A stretch of DNA of 7,230 nucleotides. Source: an uncultured archaeon (lineage in GTDB: Archaea > Asgardarchaeota > Jordiarchaeia > Jordiarchaeales > Jordiarchaeaceae). Location of the stretch: assembly GCA_964510585.1 (NCBI GenBank), contig CAZECW010000050.1, forward strand, positions 1-7,230, in the 5' to 3' direction. The notes beneath the pieces were generated by a model. That model did not search any database, was not told the origin of the DNA, and saw only the letters and a program-made list of their open reading frames with translations. This document shows positions 6,870 to 7,230 of this stretch, one piece after another. The translations under genes were made by a program, and so were the position numbers. How positions within the stretch are numbered: the first letter of the stretch is position 1; every line of letters begins with the position of its first letter.

Positions 6870-7204
6870 TTTAAAACTAGTACTTCTGCTTCTTCGGGCG
6901 TGAGATCCTCAGTATAGTCTACGTCGATGTATTCTTGCTTGTTTAGCACTGCGGCTCTGATTCTTCTCCATCCCTGCACCGCAAAAATTTCATCGCCGCC
7001 ATCACCGCTGTCTGTGAACTTTTTGAAGGAGCAGACTAGTGGGGTGTGGATTATGCCGTCTCTTTTTATGCTTTCGGTAAGTTCTTCAACGTCTGCCCAC
7101 CCGGATTTTCTGCCCTCGCTCTTCGTCCAGTCAAGCTCGCCTCGGGGAGTGGAGAACGTTTCATAATCATGCTCCCCAAGTTTTATGTGGAAACGCCTGA
7201 CCAT
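6755..7204 (-). CDS. ParB/RepB/Spo0J-family N-terminal (ParBc, CTP-binding) domain; 5' part of a frameshifted gene
   Basis: EELTESIKRDGIIHTPLV, the Arg patch AVQGWRRIRAA (GxRRxRA) and LTPEEAEVLVL match ParB. Similarity stops at 6869 and the zero-frame tail is Ser/Gly-rich. The frame is also open from 7204 to the window edge (RRIKIDPK), so the true start may lie further upstream. Confidence 0.85.
   Translation of the reverse strand: MVRRFHIKLGEHDYETFSTPRGELDWTKSEGRKSGWADVEELTESIKRDGIIHTPLVCSFKKFTDSGDGGDEIFAVQGWRRIRAAVLNKQEYIDVDYTEDLTPEEAEVLVLKKTITEKICLIPKYPSSSGGSSSATPTGHTKKSAKPPE
6869..6875 (-). other. Frameshift site: in-phase slippery heptamer T TTA AAG (or a 1-nt deletion)
   Basis: The zero frame reads GTT TTA AAG AAA. 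A -1 shift gives V-L-K-E-N-Y-N-R-K-N-L and restores the ParB ENxxRxxL motif. Confidence 0.6.
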
Positions 7205-7230
7205 TTTGGGGTCAATTTTTATTCTTCTCC

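Noticed and set aside
5872-6917. Many overlapping plus-strand ORFs encoding F/L/V/G/C/W-rich, membrane-like peptides
   Set aside because: They are shadows of the G/T-rich strand, where scarce A makes stop codons rare. They lie antisense to parB and show no family motifs.
223-7204. DNA-hypermodification system (ParB plus glycosyltransferases, radical SAM and methylase)
   Set aside because: The GTs are lipid/envelope types (DPM1-like, membrane-anchored), wecB is an envelope gene, the methyltransferase lacks DNA-methylase motifs, and there are no nucleotide-modifying or phage genes.

Overview
A minus-strand surface-glycan/glycolipid modification locus, probably archaeal. That origin is inferred from TTG/GTG starts, GGTG/GAGG-type ribosome-binding sites and an extreme A/C coding-strand skew reminiscent of Bathyarchaeia. 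In transcription order (right to left) the genes are: a ParB/Spo0J-family gene split by one -1 frameshift; a 3'-truncated wecB remnant; a DPM1-like GT2; a membrane-anchored ExoA-like GT2 overlapping (ATGA) a cobalamin-binding radical SAM enzyme of the HpnJ type; a class I SAM methyltransferase; a short degraded hydrophobic ORF remnant; and a COG1216/WbbL-like GT2. Two signals stand out. First, the ParB break falls exactly on an in-phase X XXY YYZ heptamer (T TTA AAG, 6875-6869), and a -1 shift restores the ENxxR motif, an HTH and an RHH-like C-terminus, giving about 308 aa. Second, the coupled GT2/HpnJ-like pair suggests sugar-to-cyclitol ring-contraction chemistry outside a hopanoid context. 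No rRNA, tRNA, CRISPR array or intact mobile element is visible. All family calls come from motif recognition, not database searches.
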